A stretch of 64,000 bases of DNA from an uncultured delta proteobacterium (GCA_963745835.1 CAVUZH010000003.1:512001-576000), one strand, 5' to 3'. Positions 49,057 through 59,266 are shown, counted from the first letter of the stretch. Program-made: numbers and translations. The notes: generated by a model from the sequence alone, not told the origin.

Positions 49057-50064
49057 ATGAATAGAGCGTTGCTCATTTCGGCAAGCTTCGTCCTAACGCT
49101 ATCCAGCACAGCCTTTGCTCAAGACGCAAAACTAATAGAGGCCGCCAAAAAAGAGGGAGGTAAAGTAGTGGTTTACGGCTCTCTCGATTCCGACACGGGA
49201 GACGCCATCGGCAATGCCTTTCTCAAGAAAACCGGAATCAAGATGGACTATTGGCGGGCGTCGTCGACCAAGGTCATGGATCGGGCTACGAGCGAATATC
49301 GCGCCGGCAAACCGCTTTTTGACGTGCTCATCAACAATGCCAGTCCAATGCAGATCCTTTTCAAGGAAGGAATTGTAGGCAAGTACGACTCTCCTTCGGC
49401 CAAAGGTTTTTCAAAAGATGTTATTGATCCTGAGTTGGGGCCTAGGTACCGCAATGTCGTCATTGGAATCATCTATAATAAAGACGCCATCAAACCAGCG
49501 GACGCTCCGAAATCTTTGGAAGATCTGGTGAAGCCTCAGTACAAAGGCAAAGTAGTTATGGCCGATCCGAGGCAACACACGACCACAACCCAGTGGCTTG
49601 CCAGCCTTCATAAAGTGATGGAACAAGAAAAGGCTGATAGGTTCATCCGCGATTTGGCAGCAACCAAGCCGGCGCTGGTGGAATCCTATATTCCGGCCGC
49701 GGAGCGGGTGATAACCTCAGAGACGCCTATAGCGATAGCTTTCGTCAGGTATGTTTTTCTTTACGGGCAAAAAGGAGCGCCGCTTGATTACGTGAGATTG
49801 GGGAAGATGTTAGGCGATGGACATCATATTGCGCCCAGCAGTAAGGCATCAAACCCGAACGCGGCAAAGGCCTTTATCGATTTCTTTCTGGGCGACGAGA
49901 GCATGGAGCTCATGACCAAAATCGGAGGCGAGTTCGTAAATCGCAAAGGCATCAAGCCGCCGTTACCCGATGCGGACAAGATCCAATTTGTAGAGATGCT
50001 CGATCTCGATAAAAACGCCTATCAAGAAAAAAGCAGGGAGTACGGAAAACTTTTTGGCAAGTAG
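49057..50064 (+). CDS. Extracellular solute-binding protein (AfuA-like)
   Basis: Signal ending AFA-QD; AAKKEGGKVVVYGS, IYNKDAIKPADAPKSLEDLVKPQYKGK, NPNAAKAFIDF. Confidence 0.9.
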   Translation: MNRALLISASFVLTLSSTAFAQDAKLIEAAKKEGGKVVVYGSLDSDTGDAIGNAFLKKTGIKMDYWRASSTKVMDRATSEYRAGKPLFDVLINNASPMQILFKEGIVGKYDSPSAKGFSKDVIDPELGPRYRNVVIGIIYNKDAIKPADAPKSLEDLVKPQYKGKVVMADPRQHTTTTQWLASLHKVMEQEKADRFIRDLAATKPALVESYIPAAERVITSETPIAIAFVRYVFLYGQKGAPLDYVRLGKMLGDGHHIAPSSKASNPNAAKAFIDFFLGDESMELMTKIGGEFVNRKGIKPPLPDADKIQFVEMLDLDKNAYQEKSREYGKLFGK

Positions 50065-50104
50065 TCGGCAGCTCGGCTCTGTGTTATTCCGCCGTGAGGA
50101 AACG

Positions 50105-50974
50105 ATGGATAAAGCCAAATATGTCACGCTAGACGGCATAAGAACCAGATATTTTGAGGCCGGAACCGGCGATAACCTCGTTCTTATTCACGGGGGAAAG
50201 TTCGGGACATTTTATAGCGCTTATCACTGGAGCTTGAACTTCCACGAGCTGAGCAAGCACTTTCATGTTTACGCATTCGATAAACTAGGAATGGGCGATA
50301 CCGATAATCCTCAAAGCGATGCGGATTATACAATGGCCGCAGTGATCGAGCACACCCGTGCCTTTGTACGAACTCTCGGGATTACAAACGTTACGTTGGC
50401 GGGCCATTCCAGGGGAGCTCTGCCGGCGGCGCGACTCGCGGTCGATCACCCCGAATTGGTTAAAGCCCTGATAATTTTTGACAGCAACACTCTCCCTGCG
50501 GAAGATGCGTCCCTGTCATATGATTTCTATACGAAATTGGAAGTTGGCGCGCCCACCGTTCCGGATCGAGAATTTATTCTCAGAGAGCCCATCGCCAACT
50601 CCTACTCGCATGACCACATCACTGAAGATTTCGTTCAAGAGATGCTGAGAATAGGCCGGCTCCCAAGGACGCGGGAGGCGCGAAAGAAGATGGAGCGTTT
50701 TCTGGATGAGGTGTTTCTTCCGAGTATGCGTGAAAAAAAGTATGAGACCCTGAAGCTGATTCAAGCCGGAGAATTAAAGGCTCCGACGTTGATCATCTGG
50801 GGCATCAACGATCAGTCCTCCCCCATGAAGCTGGGAATCGACTTACTTCACGTAATCAGTTCGGTGGTCGATAGGACCGAATTCCATGCATTTAATCATG
50901 CAGGTCATTATGTGTTCCGAGAACAGGCGAGACACGTCAATCGACTGATAATCGATTTTGTGAAGAGCTTATAA
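50105..50974 (+). CDS. Alpha/beta hydrolase (MhpC/BphD-like)
   Basis: TRYFEAGTG, LIHGG, DKLGMGDTD, GHSRGA, PTLIIWG, AGHYVFRE. Confidence 0.85.
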   Translation: MDKAKYVTLDGIRTRYFEAGTGDNLVLIHGGKFGTFYSAYHWSLNFHELSKHFHVYAFDKLGMGDTDNPQSDADYTMAAVIEHTRAFVRTLGITNVTLAGHSRGALPAARLAVDHPELVKALIIFDSNTLPAEDASLSYDFYTKLEVGAPTVPDREFILREPIANSYSHDHITEDFVQEMLRIGRLPRTREARKKMERFLDEVFLPSMREKKYETLKLIQAGELKAPTLIIWGINDQSSPMKLGIDLLHVISSVVDRTEFHAFNHAGHYVFREQARHVNRLIIDFVKSL

Positions 50975-51003
50975 ATCGATTTAACTCGTTTCCTGCAAAA
51001 CCA

Positions 51004-51990
51004 CTACTCGTACAAACTCTTGATAAACCCGCTGTCGTCGATGAATTTCAGGATACTAGAATCTACGAAGGAGCTTGGATCGGCGGCTTTTGCTTTGGGG
51101 TTATCTTTGGCCAGACTTTCCAACACGGTTTTGATTCCCGTCGGTGACGGGTAGGGGATCCGGTCGAAGTAGAGCTCGGCGTACTGATCGTAAGTCCGCT
51201 CGGCGTATTTTGCTTGATCCGCATCCATGCGCATCTTTTTAAGTATAATGCGCACGCTGTCCTTCTTATTCTTCTTGAAATAAGCGATCCCCTCGACGAA
51301 GGCCCTAAGGACCCGGGTCGCTTGATCGCGGTTAGAGCGCAGATAGCTTCGCGTCGACACCACCATGCTTTGGAGATAGTGGATATTCATCTTGGCGAGA
51401 TCGGCGATTACGCGAAAGCCATTATCCTCGGCGATGAAATAAGACGGATCGGTCAGCACCGCGCCATCCACTAATTTCTTTTGCAGGCTGATCAGCATGG
51501 TCGGCGAAGAGCCAACTTGGAGAATTTGCAGCTCGTCGGGACGAATCTTCCATACATCGAGCACCATCGTCAGCACGGCATGGGACGAAGAGCCGAACGT
51601 AGTAATCGCGATTTTCTTGCCTTTGATCGCTTCCGGGGTGTCGATCTCGGGCCGCACCAGAATTCGATGGACGCCTTTATTGTTCTGCGCCGCGACCATG
51701 ACGACGTCGGCGCCCTTGAGTGCCGACGTGATGACGGCGCCGCCCCCCGCGGTGGCGAACTGAATATCGCCGGCAAGCAATGCATTGACGCCGCGCGCTG
51801 CGCCGCCGCCGATGAAGATCGCTTCGGCTTCGATTCCATGCTTCTTGAAGAAGCCGCGCTCCTCGGCGACCCAGATCGCGCTGTTGGTCGGGCTAAATGC
51901 GCCCATGCCGATCCGAATTTTATCCAGACCCCAGACGTTTGCCGCAAAAGCGATCATGAGAACTGCTATGAACACACCCAGTTGAAACAT
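51004..51990 (-). CDS. NMT1/SsuA-like substrate-binding protein
   Basis: IWVAEERGFFKKHGIEAE, IKGKKIAITTFGSSSH. Confidence 0.88.
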   Translation of the reverse strand: MFQLGVFIAVLMIAFAANVWGLDKIRIGMGAFSPTNSAIWVAEERGFFKKHGIEAEAIFIGGGAARGVNALLAGDIQFATAGGGAVITSALKGADVVMVAAQNNKGVHRILVRPEIDTPEAIKGKKIAITTFGSSSHAVLTMVLDVWKIRPDELQILQVGSSPTMLISLQKKLVDGAVLTDPSYFIAEDNGFRVIADLAKMNIHYLQSMVVSTRSYLRSNRDQATRVLRAFVEGIAYFKKNKKDSVRIILKKMRMDADQAKYAERTYDQYAELYFDRIPYPSPTGIKTVLESLAKDNPKAKAADPSSFVDSSILKFIDDSGFIKSLYE

Positions 51991-52206
51991 TGCTCTGATC
52001 CTTTCACCGGGAATATCCCTTCGGTGATCGACTGATTGGGACTTGCTTTTGAGCTGATGTGTGTCGGAGTATATTCGTCGAAAATGATCCAGGCAACGCA
52101 TACGGGATTGCGTCCTTCATGGCGCCCTGAGCCGTACCAGCCAGCGCGTCCTCTTGCACATAGGATCGTGCTCTAGTAGATCCGATGAAAGCTAAAGAAA
52201 ACGATC

Positions 52207-53598
52207 ATGGCTAATACAGGAGAAGCACCCAAAGAGTCCAAGTCATCCTCCCTCAAGCGGGTCATCGGAAGGAGGATGCTGCTGTTCTTTATCATCGGCG
52301 ATATCCTGGGAGCAGGCATCTACGTCCTGGTCGGCAGGGTGGCAGGCCATGTCGGGGGCATGCTGTGGTTGCCGTTTTTGCTTGCCTTCGTGCTCGCGGT
52401 ACTGACCGCAGCTGCGTACTCCGAGCTGGCGGGAAAATATTCCCAAGCTGCGGGCGCGGCGCTTTACGTCAATAAGGCATTTAAAATTCCTTTTGTGACG
52501 TTCATCGTGGCGTTCGCGGTTATGATGAGCGGTGTGACTTCAGCAGGCGTCTCGGCCCAGGCCTTCGGCGGCAGATATCTCGCGGAGTTCGTAACACTGC
52601 CGGTTATTGTCGGCGCGCTGATCTTTCTCGCACTTGTAACCCTGGTGAACTTTGTCGGAATTTCCGAGTCCGTCAAGGTGAATGTGACGCTCACTGTCAT
52701 CGAAGGTTCCGGCTTGCTCGTGATTGTCGCCATTGGAATTTATGCGTTACTCACCGGCGAAGGCGATCCGGGCCGGGCGTTAGAGTTCAACCCGCGCTCT
52801 GGCGCTTTTCTCAGTGTGCTGCAGGGGACCGCGTTGGCCTTCTTTGCGCTGCTCGGTTTTGAAGATTCGGTTAATCTTGCGGAAGAGACGAAGGATCCGG
52901 CGCGGGATTTTCCTTACGCGCTGTTTGGCGGCATCGTAGTAGCGGCAGTCATCTACATGGCGGTAGCCTTTACCGCCGCTATGCTGGTCGACACTCAGAC
53001 CTTGACGAATTCTTCCGGACCACTACTCGAGGTGGTCAAGGTTGCGGGCCTGCCGTTTCCGCCCAAGCTGTTCGCGTTGATCGCGCTATTTGCCGTCGCC
53101 AATACCGCTCTCATGAACATGATTATGGCTTCGCGTCTGGTCTACGGCATGGCTTGTCAGCGCGTCGTGCCATCTATGTTTGCCAATGTCCACCCCGCGC
53201 GCGGCACCCCTTGGGTCGCGATCCTGTTCACGACCGCAATCGCTGCAGTGCTGGTGGCTACCGGAGATATCGGCGGCCTGGCCGAGACCACTGTGATTTT
53301 GCTGCTGTGCGTATTTGCGCTGGTCAACGTATCCGTGCTGGTGTTGCGCCGAGACCGCGTCGATCACGAGCATTTTCGCGCACCGACGTGGATGCCGGTT
53401 CTCGGCGCGTTGGTCTGCGTGGTCCTGGCACTACCGATCACCGGGCGTGACCCCGCCGTTTATGTGCGAGTGGGCGTCCTGATTGCCATCGGCGTTGTCC
53501 TCTGGTTCATCAATCGCCTGTGCGTTGGCAAGGTGCAAGAGCTTGATGCGACGCCAGATCATGTCGGGCGAGTGACGGTCACGCATGCCGGTAAATGA
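52207..53598 (+). CDS. APC family amino acid permease
   Basis: IIGDILGAGIY, YSELAGKY..AAG, FFALLGFED, EETKDP, SRLVYGMA, HFRAP. Confidence 0.93.
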   Translation: MANTGEAPKESKSSSLKRVIGRRMLLFFIIGDILGAGIYVLVGRVAGHVGGMLWLPFLLAFVLAVLTAAAYSELAGKYSQAAGAALYVNKAFKIPFVTFIVAFAVMMSGVTSAGVSAQAFGGRYLAEFVTLPVIVGALIFLALVTLVNFVGISESVKVNVTLTVIEGSGLLVIVAIGIYALLTGEGDPGRALEFNPRSGAFLSVLQGTALAFFALLGFEDSVNLAEETKDPARDFPYALFGGIVVAAVIYMAVAFTAAMLVDTQTLTNSSGPLLEVVKVAGLPFPPKLFALIALFAVANTALMNMIMASRLVYGMACQRVVPSMFANVHPARGTPWVAILFTTAIAAVLVATGDIGGLAETTVILLLCVFALVNVSVLVLRRDRVDHEHFRAPTWMPVLGALVCVVLALPITGRDPAVYVRVGVLIAIGVVLWFINRLCVGKVQELDATPDHVGRVTVTHAGK

Positions 53599-53668
53599 CA
53601 TCGTTGTCTAAATTTCTTTCTCGTTGTTTGGCCTCGCATCATCAGTTCATTGACAGTTCAGCCGGAAA

Positions 53669-54070
53669 TTAATTCCAGACCGTAACGGTCAAGTTTCCTT
53701 CCGAAGTAAGCGCATCCGCTGTGATCAACGGGCAGCGAAGTTGTCGAGCTGTGGCAACGATTACTCTGTCAGCGGGATCGCGAATGGCGGCAAGTGAAAC
53801 GGATTCTAGCAAGATTTCAATCGTGTAGGATTGCACCTGAAAGTTAGCGGAACGATCTAGCGCCTCCGCTCAGCGGCGGAACGGTACCGATAGCTGAACG
53901 ACTTTCTTTTCAATCAAACGCGCCGTCTCTTCGAGCACGATGATGGGAACCGCAATCGAATGTTTTCCACTCTCTGCTTCTTGAAAAATTCGCCGTGCCC
54001 TCTTGCCGAGCCGATTCTTCCGATCGGAGGCCCAAAAGATCAGGGAGTGCGTGTCCGTAACGTAAATCAC
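53669..54070 (-). pseudogene. vapC: PIN-domain (VapC) toxin interrupted by a single in-frame TGA
   Basis: YVTDTHSLIFW...FRR-TGA(53870-53872)-AEALDRS...IRDPADRVIVATARQLRCPLITAD...VWN-stop, all in one frame (134 codons). Confidence 0.85.
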
Positions 54071-54366
54071 TTAAACCCCGAGATGAGGCGGTCAAGGGAT
54101 TTCTCCCGTTCTTTCCTAATTTTCCTGAAGGCCTGATCGATGTCACCAGTGACCGCCATGCTGCCCGTCAGCTTGAGAGGAGACTGCTTCGCCGCGCGCT
54201 GGTAATACGCCAATTCCTCCTCCACCCTGCTGTGCCACTCAGCATTGACTAGCACCACCTTGATCTTCGATCGCTGGGCAATCGCGAGCGGGCCTTTTCC
54301 ACTGTCGACTTCGGCAACCAACTCGCTGAGTTTAGCTCGCGCCTGGGTCAATGATAACTGCTTCAT
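54067..54366 (-). CDS. Phd/YefM family antitoxin
   Basis: MKQLSLTQARAKLSELVAEV...LAIAQRSKIKVVLV; GTGA overlap with the toxin gene. Confidence 0.85.
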   Translation of the reverse strand: MKQLSLTQARAKLSELVAEVDSGKGPLAIAQRSKIKVVLVNAEWHSRVEEELAYYQRAAKQSPLKLTGSMAVTGDIDQAFRKIRKEREKSLDRLISGFK

Positions 54367-54382
54367 GGAGCAACTCCCTTTC

Positions 54383-54400
54383 TGTACATCCAACTGTACA
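54383..54400. promoter_or_regulatory. YefM-type operator: two TGTACA palindromes 12 bp apart
   Basis: TGTACA at 54383-54388 and 54395-54400, just upstream of the antitoxin gene. Confidence 0.7.
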
Positions 54401-54643
54401 AAAAGAACAAGGTCCCATGAACGGATTACGGCACTACTCGACAGGTCCTTGCGTTCGTTTTAGGCATCACAGCTTTGTTCATTCTAGCCTTTCAGCCTTT
54501 ATAAATTCGATCAAATCACGTTAGCGGCTCATCCTGCCTGACAGAGGGAAAGCGACGATTGCTTTTTGACCTGTAACCGATCCCCTGATACAACCGCAAA
54601 GATCGCTCATAGAAGATCGTTCATGAAGGAGAGTCTTTGCGTT

Positions 54644-55627
54644 ATGAGAAAGCCAGCCTGTTTTGTTGTGCTGCTCGTGCTGTCGATTATCGTTCCTCCT
54701 CACCTTGGCAGAGCCGAGACGGTTCGCGCCGGGTATACGTCTCGAGATCTTAACTACCTGCCGTTTTTCATCGCGCGCAAGCACTTTCATCCTAAAGAAG
54801 GTTTACAAGTCGATCTTGTGAGCATCGGCCGGAGTGATGTTCAGCTTCAGGCGCTGGTTACCGGTGATCTTCATTTTGCTAATATCAACGCCGACGGCAT
54901 TATCATCTGGAACGAGCGCAGCGGCGGTGGCGGCGATCTGAAGGTTGCCGCGGGTTCGAGCAACGCCGCGCCTTATCTTCTCGTCGGAGCAAAACACATC
55001 AAGCGGATCGAGGATCTCAAGGGACAGAGACTCGGGGTTGCGAGCTTGCGCGGCGGCGCTACTTCTATTCTGCTCTCTTATCTCAAGAGTAAAGGGCTTG
55101 TTTATCCGCGGGATTTTTCGATGGTGGTGATCGCGGGCGGCACGCCGGCGCGTCTTAGCGCTCTTGAAAGCGGCGCCATTGCCGGCGCCGTCTTGGGGAT
55201 TCCGTACGGGGACATTGCTGTCGACAAAGGGTTCCCGAGCCTGGGCGACACGATGGAGGTGATCTCGACCTATCAATTCAATTCTATCAATATAAATCCG
55301 GCATGGGCTGAAAAAAATCGCCCCTCGGTGGTCAAATTCATCAAGGGCCACATTCAGGCTTTGCGCTGGATTTATGACCGGCCTGCCGAAGCCGCGGATT
55401 TTTTAACTAAGGAGCTTGGCCTGCAGGCGCCTTACGCGCGTCGTGGGATCGATTATTACATCAAGAAAAAAGTTTACGCCGTAAACGGCGAGGTAACGTT
55501 GCCGGGGCTCAAAGTGAACATCGAGGTGCAGGCGCAAGACGGGGTGCTGAAAGAGCCGTTGCCGGCACCGGAGAAATATATCGATGTGAGTTATCTGCGC
55601 CAGGCGCAGAAAGAGCTAGGATTGTAA
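54644..55627 (+). CDS. NMT1/SsuA-like substrate-binding protein
   Basis: LPFFIARKHFHPKEGLQVDL, IEDLKGQRLGVAS, RLSALESGAI. Confidence 0.88.
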   Translation: MRKPACFVVLLVLSIIVPPHLGRAETVRAGYTSRDLNYLPFFIARKHFHPKEGLQVDLVSIGRSDVQLQALVTGDLHFANINADGIIIWNERSGGGGDLKVAAGSSNAAPYLLVGAKHIKRIEDLKGQRLGVASLRGGATSILLSYLKSKGLVYPRDFSMVVIAGGTPARLSALESGAIAGAVLGIPYGDIAVDKGFPSLGDTMEVISTYQFNSININPAWAEKNRPSVVKFIKGHIQALRWIYDRPAEAADFLTKELGLQAPYARRGIDYYIKKKVYAVNGEVTLPGLKVNIEVQAQDGVLKEPLPAPEKYIDVSYLRQAQKELGL

Positions 55628-55633
55628 GAGTTG

Positions 55634-55773
55634 TCGGAGAAGCGATTATGGAAAAGTTTAAAATCATCGATGCCGATTCCCATATCGAGGAGGTAATGAT
55701 TTTAGGAGATCATCGGAGAGCAAGTTATGGAGAAATTTAAAATCATCGATGCCGATTCCCATATCGAGGAGGT
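55634..55773 (+). repeat. Tandem duplication (79-bp period) of the RBS and first 16 codons of the amidohydrolase gene
   Basis: ATGGAAAAGTTTAAAATCATCGATGCCGATTCCCATATCGAGGAGGT at 55648 versus ATGGAGAAATTTAAAATC...GAGGAGGT at 55727. Confidence 0.9.
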
Positions 55774-56980
55774 GACTGAGATCTGGGATCATCTAGAGCC
55801 GGAGTTCCAATCACGGCGACCGTTTCCCGTCACTGTCGAAAAGAACATCGGCCACACGAATCTCAACGCGTTCTGGTACATAGACGGAGCTGCGGTGCCT
55901 AAACTGGAGGGACCCGGCACGATCCTGATCGCGACGCCGCTGACTTCAACCTACGCGCAAGGCAAGCCGTTCAGTGTCGGCAGCCAGGGCCTTACCGACG
56001 TTAAAGCGCGTTTGAAAGATCTCGACGATTTTGGTCTTGACGTTCAGGTTATTTATCCCACCTTGTTTCTCGCCACGTTAACCGATGACCTAGTTTTCGA
56101 AGCTGCACTGATGCGTGCGTACAATAGCTATCTTGCGCGTGCCTGCGCTCAAGCGCCGGACCGTTTAAAATGGGCCGGTGTCGTGCCGCTGCGCTCGCCG
56201 GCAGAGGCAGCCAAAGAGGTGCGGCGTTGCAAAGAGCTCGGCGCCTCGGCGATCACGACGATGGGAACAGCCGGTGAGAGACTCTTACACGATAAATCTT
56301 TATTCCCGGTTTATGCGGAAATGGAACGGCAGAACCTGCCGTTTTGTGTTCACGTCGGCTGGAGCCATCCCGGGCTCAACCAGAGCTGCGAGAACATTTA
56401 CATGTCGAGGATCTCATTCACCCTGCCGGTACTCGCGGCCTTTTGGTCGATTCTCGGCGGCGGCGTATTGGATGAATTCCCTCGCTTGCGCGTCGCCTTC
56501 CTTGAGGCCGGTTCGGAGTGGCTGCCGTACTGGATCGGCCGGATGGATCACTACTATCACGCGGATACCGGCAATGCGCGGGGCGGGTACATGCCGAAAA
56601 AGCGTCCGCCGCAATACTTAAAAGAAGGGCGGGTGTTCTTCACCTGCGAAGCCGAGGAGGCGTCGTTGCCGCAGGTCCTCGAGCTGCTCGGCGAGGACCA
56701 GATGATGGCTTCCGCGGATATTCCGCACGGCGAAGCGCGTGAGCGCTCCATGGATGTGGTGCGCGCCCGGAGCGATCTTTCCGAAACCGTAAAGAAAAAG
56801 ATCCTCGGCGAAAATGCCGCGAGATTTTACGAGTCTGTAGTTTCAGCCGTCCTTTTTAGGGAAGGGAGTTCGGTTTCCCAAGTATCAGTGCAAAAGGGCG
56901 GAGCTGCTATAGCCGCTGCCTTACAGCGCTGTAGTGTTTGGTGCGAACAACTGGTCAATGGCCAAAGGATGACTGACTAA
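55727..56980 (+). CDS. Amidohydrolase_2 family protein (ACMSD/LigW-like), C-terminally extended
   Basis: IIDADSHI, QVIYPT, RAYN, CVHVG, AFLEAGSEWLP, ADIPH, KKILGENAARFY. Confidence 0.88.
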   Translation: MEKFKIIDADSHIEEVTEIWDHLEPEFQSRRPFPVTVEKNIGHTNLNAFWYIDGAAVPKLEGPGTILIATPLTSTYAQGKPFSVGSQGLTDVKARLKDLDDFGLDVQVIYPTLFLATLTDDLVFEAALMRAYNSYLARACAQAPDRLKWAGVVPLRSPAEAAKEVRRCKELGASAITTMGTAGERLLHDKSLFPVYAEMERQNLPFCVHVGWSHPGLNQSCENIYMSRISFTLPVLAAFWSILGGGVLDEFPRLRVAFLEAGSEWLPYWIGRMDHYYHADTGNARGGYMPKKRPPQYLKEGRVFFTCEAEEASLPQVLELLGEDQMMASADIPHGEARERSMDVVRARSDLSETVKKKILGENAARFYESVVSAVLFREGSSVSQVSVQKGGAAIAAALQRCSVWCEQLVNGQRMTD

Positions 56981-57880
56981 ACCTTGCTCATGTAGGTAAA
57001 TAGCTAAGGTCTCCAGAACTTTTCGGTTCTTTTCCAGGCCGTACGCCCAGGGGTCATTGCCGACGATGGATATCTGCTCGTCGACCGCTTCTCTTGACCA
57101 GATGATGCTCAACTTGTACGCATTGAGATCAAACAGATTCTGATAGGCCAGCTCCTTAGCCCTTTGAAAAGCGTTGAAGAGGCTGACCGCGATCCACGGT
57201 TCTTTTTTCCAAACGTCTTCGCGTATTGCTACGGTATGCATCACTGGAAAAATCCGGGTTTTTTTGTAATAGGCCTGTTCAACTTCTTTATAGTTTTCGA
57301 ATAAGCGTTTCACTTCCGCGGTTCCGGCCAACAGAGAAGGAAACAGCTGCGCCAAAATGACCGCATCCAGTTCACCGGCTTTGAGCATCTGCTCGGGATC
57401 CTGATGATTCGGGATCGCCTGGATGTCGAATCGCTTGGGAGGCTCGATTTCCATGCGTGTCTTCGCCCACGTAAACCAGTGGATTTTCTCCAGTGGCACG
57501 CCGTATTCGTGTTGTAGAATACCCCTCATCCATACGGTTGCCGTCTGCTGAAAGTCAGCGACTCCGACGCGCTTGCCGACAAGATCGGCCGGTGTGTTGA
57601 TGCCACTTTTACGATTCACAAAGATATAAGAGTGCCGGAAAGTACGCGCCGGAAATACCGGTATTGCGATAAGAGGCTTGCCCATGCTCTTAGCGATCAA
57701 GTAGGAGGATAGCGAGAGCTCGGAGGCATCGAAGTCATAATCGTTCAACATCCGACGCCAGATCTCCGAATAGCGGAGGACCATCCAGTTCAGCTCCAGC
57801 CCATCGGGTTTTACCGTGCCGTCGAGTAAAGCCTGGGTGCGGTCATAGCAGCCACCCGCGAACGTAATTCGCTTGCTCAT
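56921..57880 (-). CDS. 4,5-dihydroxyphthalate decarboxylase-like protein (SBP fold)
   Basis: YDRTQALLDG, FDASELSLSSY, IPVFPARTFRHS, VWMRGIL, IFPVMHTVAIR, DPWAYGLEKNR. Confidence 0.82.
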   Translation of the reverse strand: MSKRITFAGGCYDRTQALLDGTVKPDGLELNWMVLRYSEIWRRMLNDYDFDASELSLSSYLIAKSMGKPLIAIPVFPARTFRHSYIFVNRKSGINTPADLVGKRVGVADFQQTATVWMRGILQHEYGVPLEKIHWFTWAKTRMEIEPPKRFDIQAIPNHQDPEQMLKAGELDAVILAQLFPSLLAGTAEVKRLFENYKEVEQAYYKKTRIFPVMHTVAIREDVWKKEPWIAVSLFNAFQRAKELAYQNLFDLNAYKLSIIWSREAVDEQISIVGNDPWAYGLEKNRKVLETLAIYLHEQGLVSHPLAIDQLFAPNTTAL

Positions 57881-58044
57881 GGGATCCTCGCCTTAAGTCG
57901 GAATAATTTGCGGCCGAAGATACTAAAGGAAAAATAAAGGGTCAATCCATGCTGTTTGGTGCATACGTGCGAGACACTGATGTGAGCTGGTCAGCATAGC
58001 GCCTAAGTGCGTTAGTATAAAAGTAGCTCCACGCTACTCGCCAG

Positions 58045-58956
58045 CTAAATCAAAGTTGTTGCAAGCTCCGGTGTCTTGTCGCGTAGGAACTGCAAAAAGG
58101 TTTTGGCGGCTCGAGAGATAACCCGGCCTTCCCGATAGATGATGCCGTGCTCGATGGAAAGCTTGAGGTCCGGGACATCGATGACAGAGATCATATTGAG
58201 CGCCAGCTCGTTGGCTAACCACCGCCGGGCAATGATGGCCAAGCCGAAGCCCTCGGCCACGGCTACCTTGATGGCCTCGTGGCTGGAAAGCTCCATCGCG
58301 ACATTGATGTTCAATCCTTTCCGGGCGAAGTAGGAACGCACCAGTTCTCTTCCCGCGGATTCCGGTTCACGCAGAATAAAAGGATGGAGAGCTAGCTCGC
58401 GAAGGCTAACGCGCCGTTTACGCGTCAGTGGATGTCCGGGCGGCGCGGCGGTGACCATGGCCGAGGTTGCGTAGGCCTCGTATTTCAGCCCGGCGACTCT
58501 AGGTTTTCTGCTAAACATCGCCAACTCCACCGCATCGTTCTGCAGCAGCTGTTCGACTTGAGAAGAGGCGCCATAGTTCATGTTGATTTCCAGATTGGGG
58601 TAGAGATTTTTGAACATACTCAGGGCTTTCGGAAAGAGATAGGTTCCCGGAAGTCCGGCAGCCGCCACCGCTAACTTTCCCCGACCCAAGCCTAACAGCT
58701 CCTGGACATCTTGCCGAGCCATATCCAAATCCGTCAGTACACGCTGCGCATGTTGTCTCAAGAGCTCACCGGCTTGGGTGAGCTCTACTCGTCGACCGCG
58801 CCTCAGAAAGAGATTTGTCCCGCACCAATCTTCGAGCTGTCGAATGTGCAGAGAAATAGACGGCTGGCTGATATGCAGAACCTCGGCGGCGCGTGAGAAG
58901 TTCTTTAGTCGCGCACATTCGAGGAACACTCTAAACCGGTCGGTATCCATACGCAT
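58045..58956 (-). CDS. LysR family regulator (CysL/CmpR-like)
   Basis: NFSRAAEVLHISQPSISLHIRQLE, LTQAG, LREPESAGR, EAIKVAVAEGFG. Confidence 0.93.
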   Translation of the reverse strand: MRMDTDRFRVFLECARLKNFSRAAEVLHISQPSISLHIRQLEDWCGTNLFLRRGRRVELTQAGELLRQHAQRVLTDLDMARQDVQELLGLGRGKLAVAAAGLPGTYLFPKALSMFKNLYPNLEINMNYGASSQVEQLLQNDAVELAMFSRKPRVAGLKYEAYATSAMVTAAPPGHPLTRKRRVSLRELALHPFILREPESAGRELVRSYFARKGLNINVAMELSSHEAIKVAVAEGFGLAIIARRWLANELALNMISVIDVPDLKLSIEHGIIYREGRVISRAAKTFLQFLRDKTPELATTLI

Positions 58957-59266
58957 GGGGTATTCTATTCTCGTGTGCTTTGGGCGGCAACTATTAAAGA
59001 TCCTAATGAGCAAATCAGAAATTTATATTGGACATAGAGAAACTTCATTTATAGAAAGAGCTCTCTCACGCGAGCCTCATGCAAAGCCGCATAGCTGTGT
59101 CAGCGGATGGAGGATGATCCGGATCCCTATAACGAGACTGTGAAATCCGACATCACAGATCCCAATCAGCAGCAAATAAGAAAAGAATATTGAACAATGC
59201 ATTAGAGGGCGAGTAGCGGTAAGCCTCTGAAACACAGTGAGGCGCAAAAAAGGAGGTATCAGTTCA

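Noticed and set aside
53870-53872. Selenocysteine or genome-wide UGA recoding in vapC
   Set aside because: The position looks like Trp rather than a catalytic Cys, and many genes in the window end normally with TGA.
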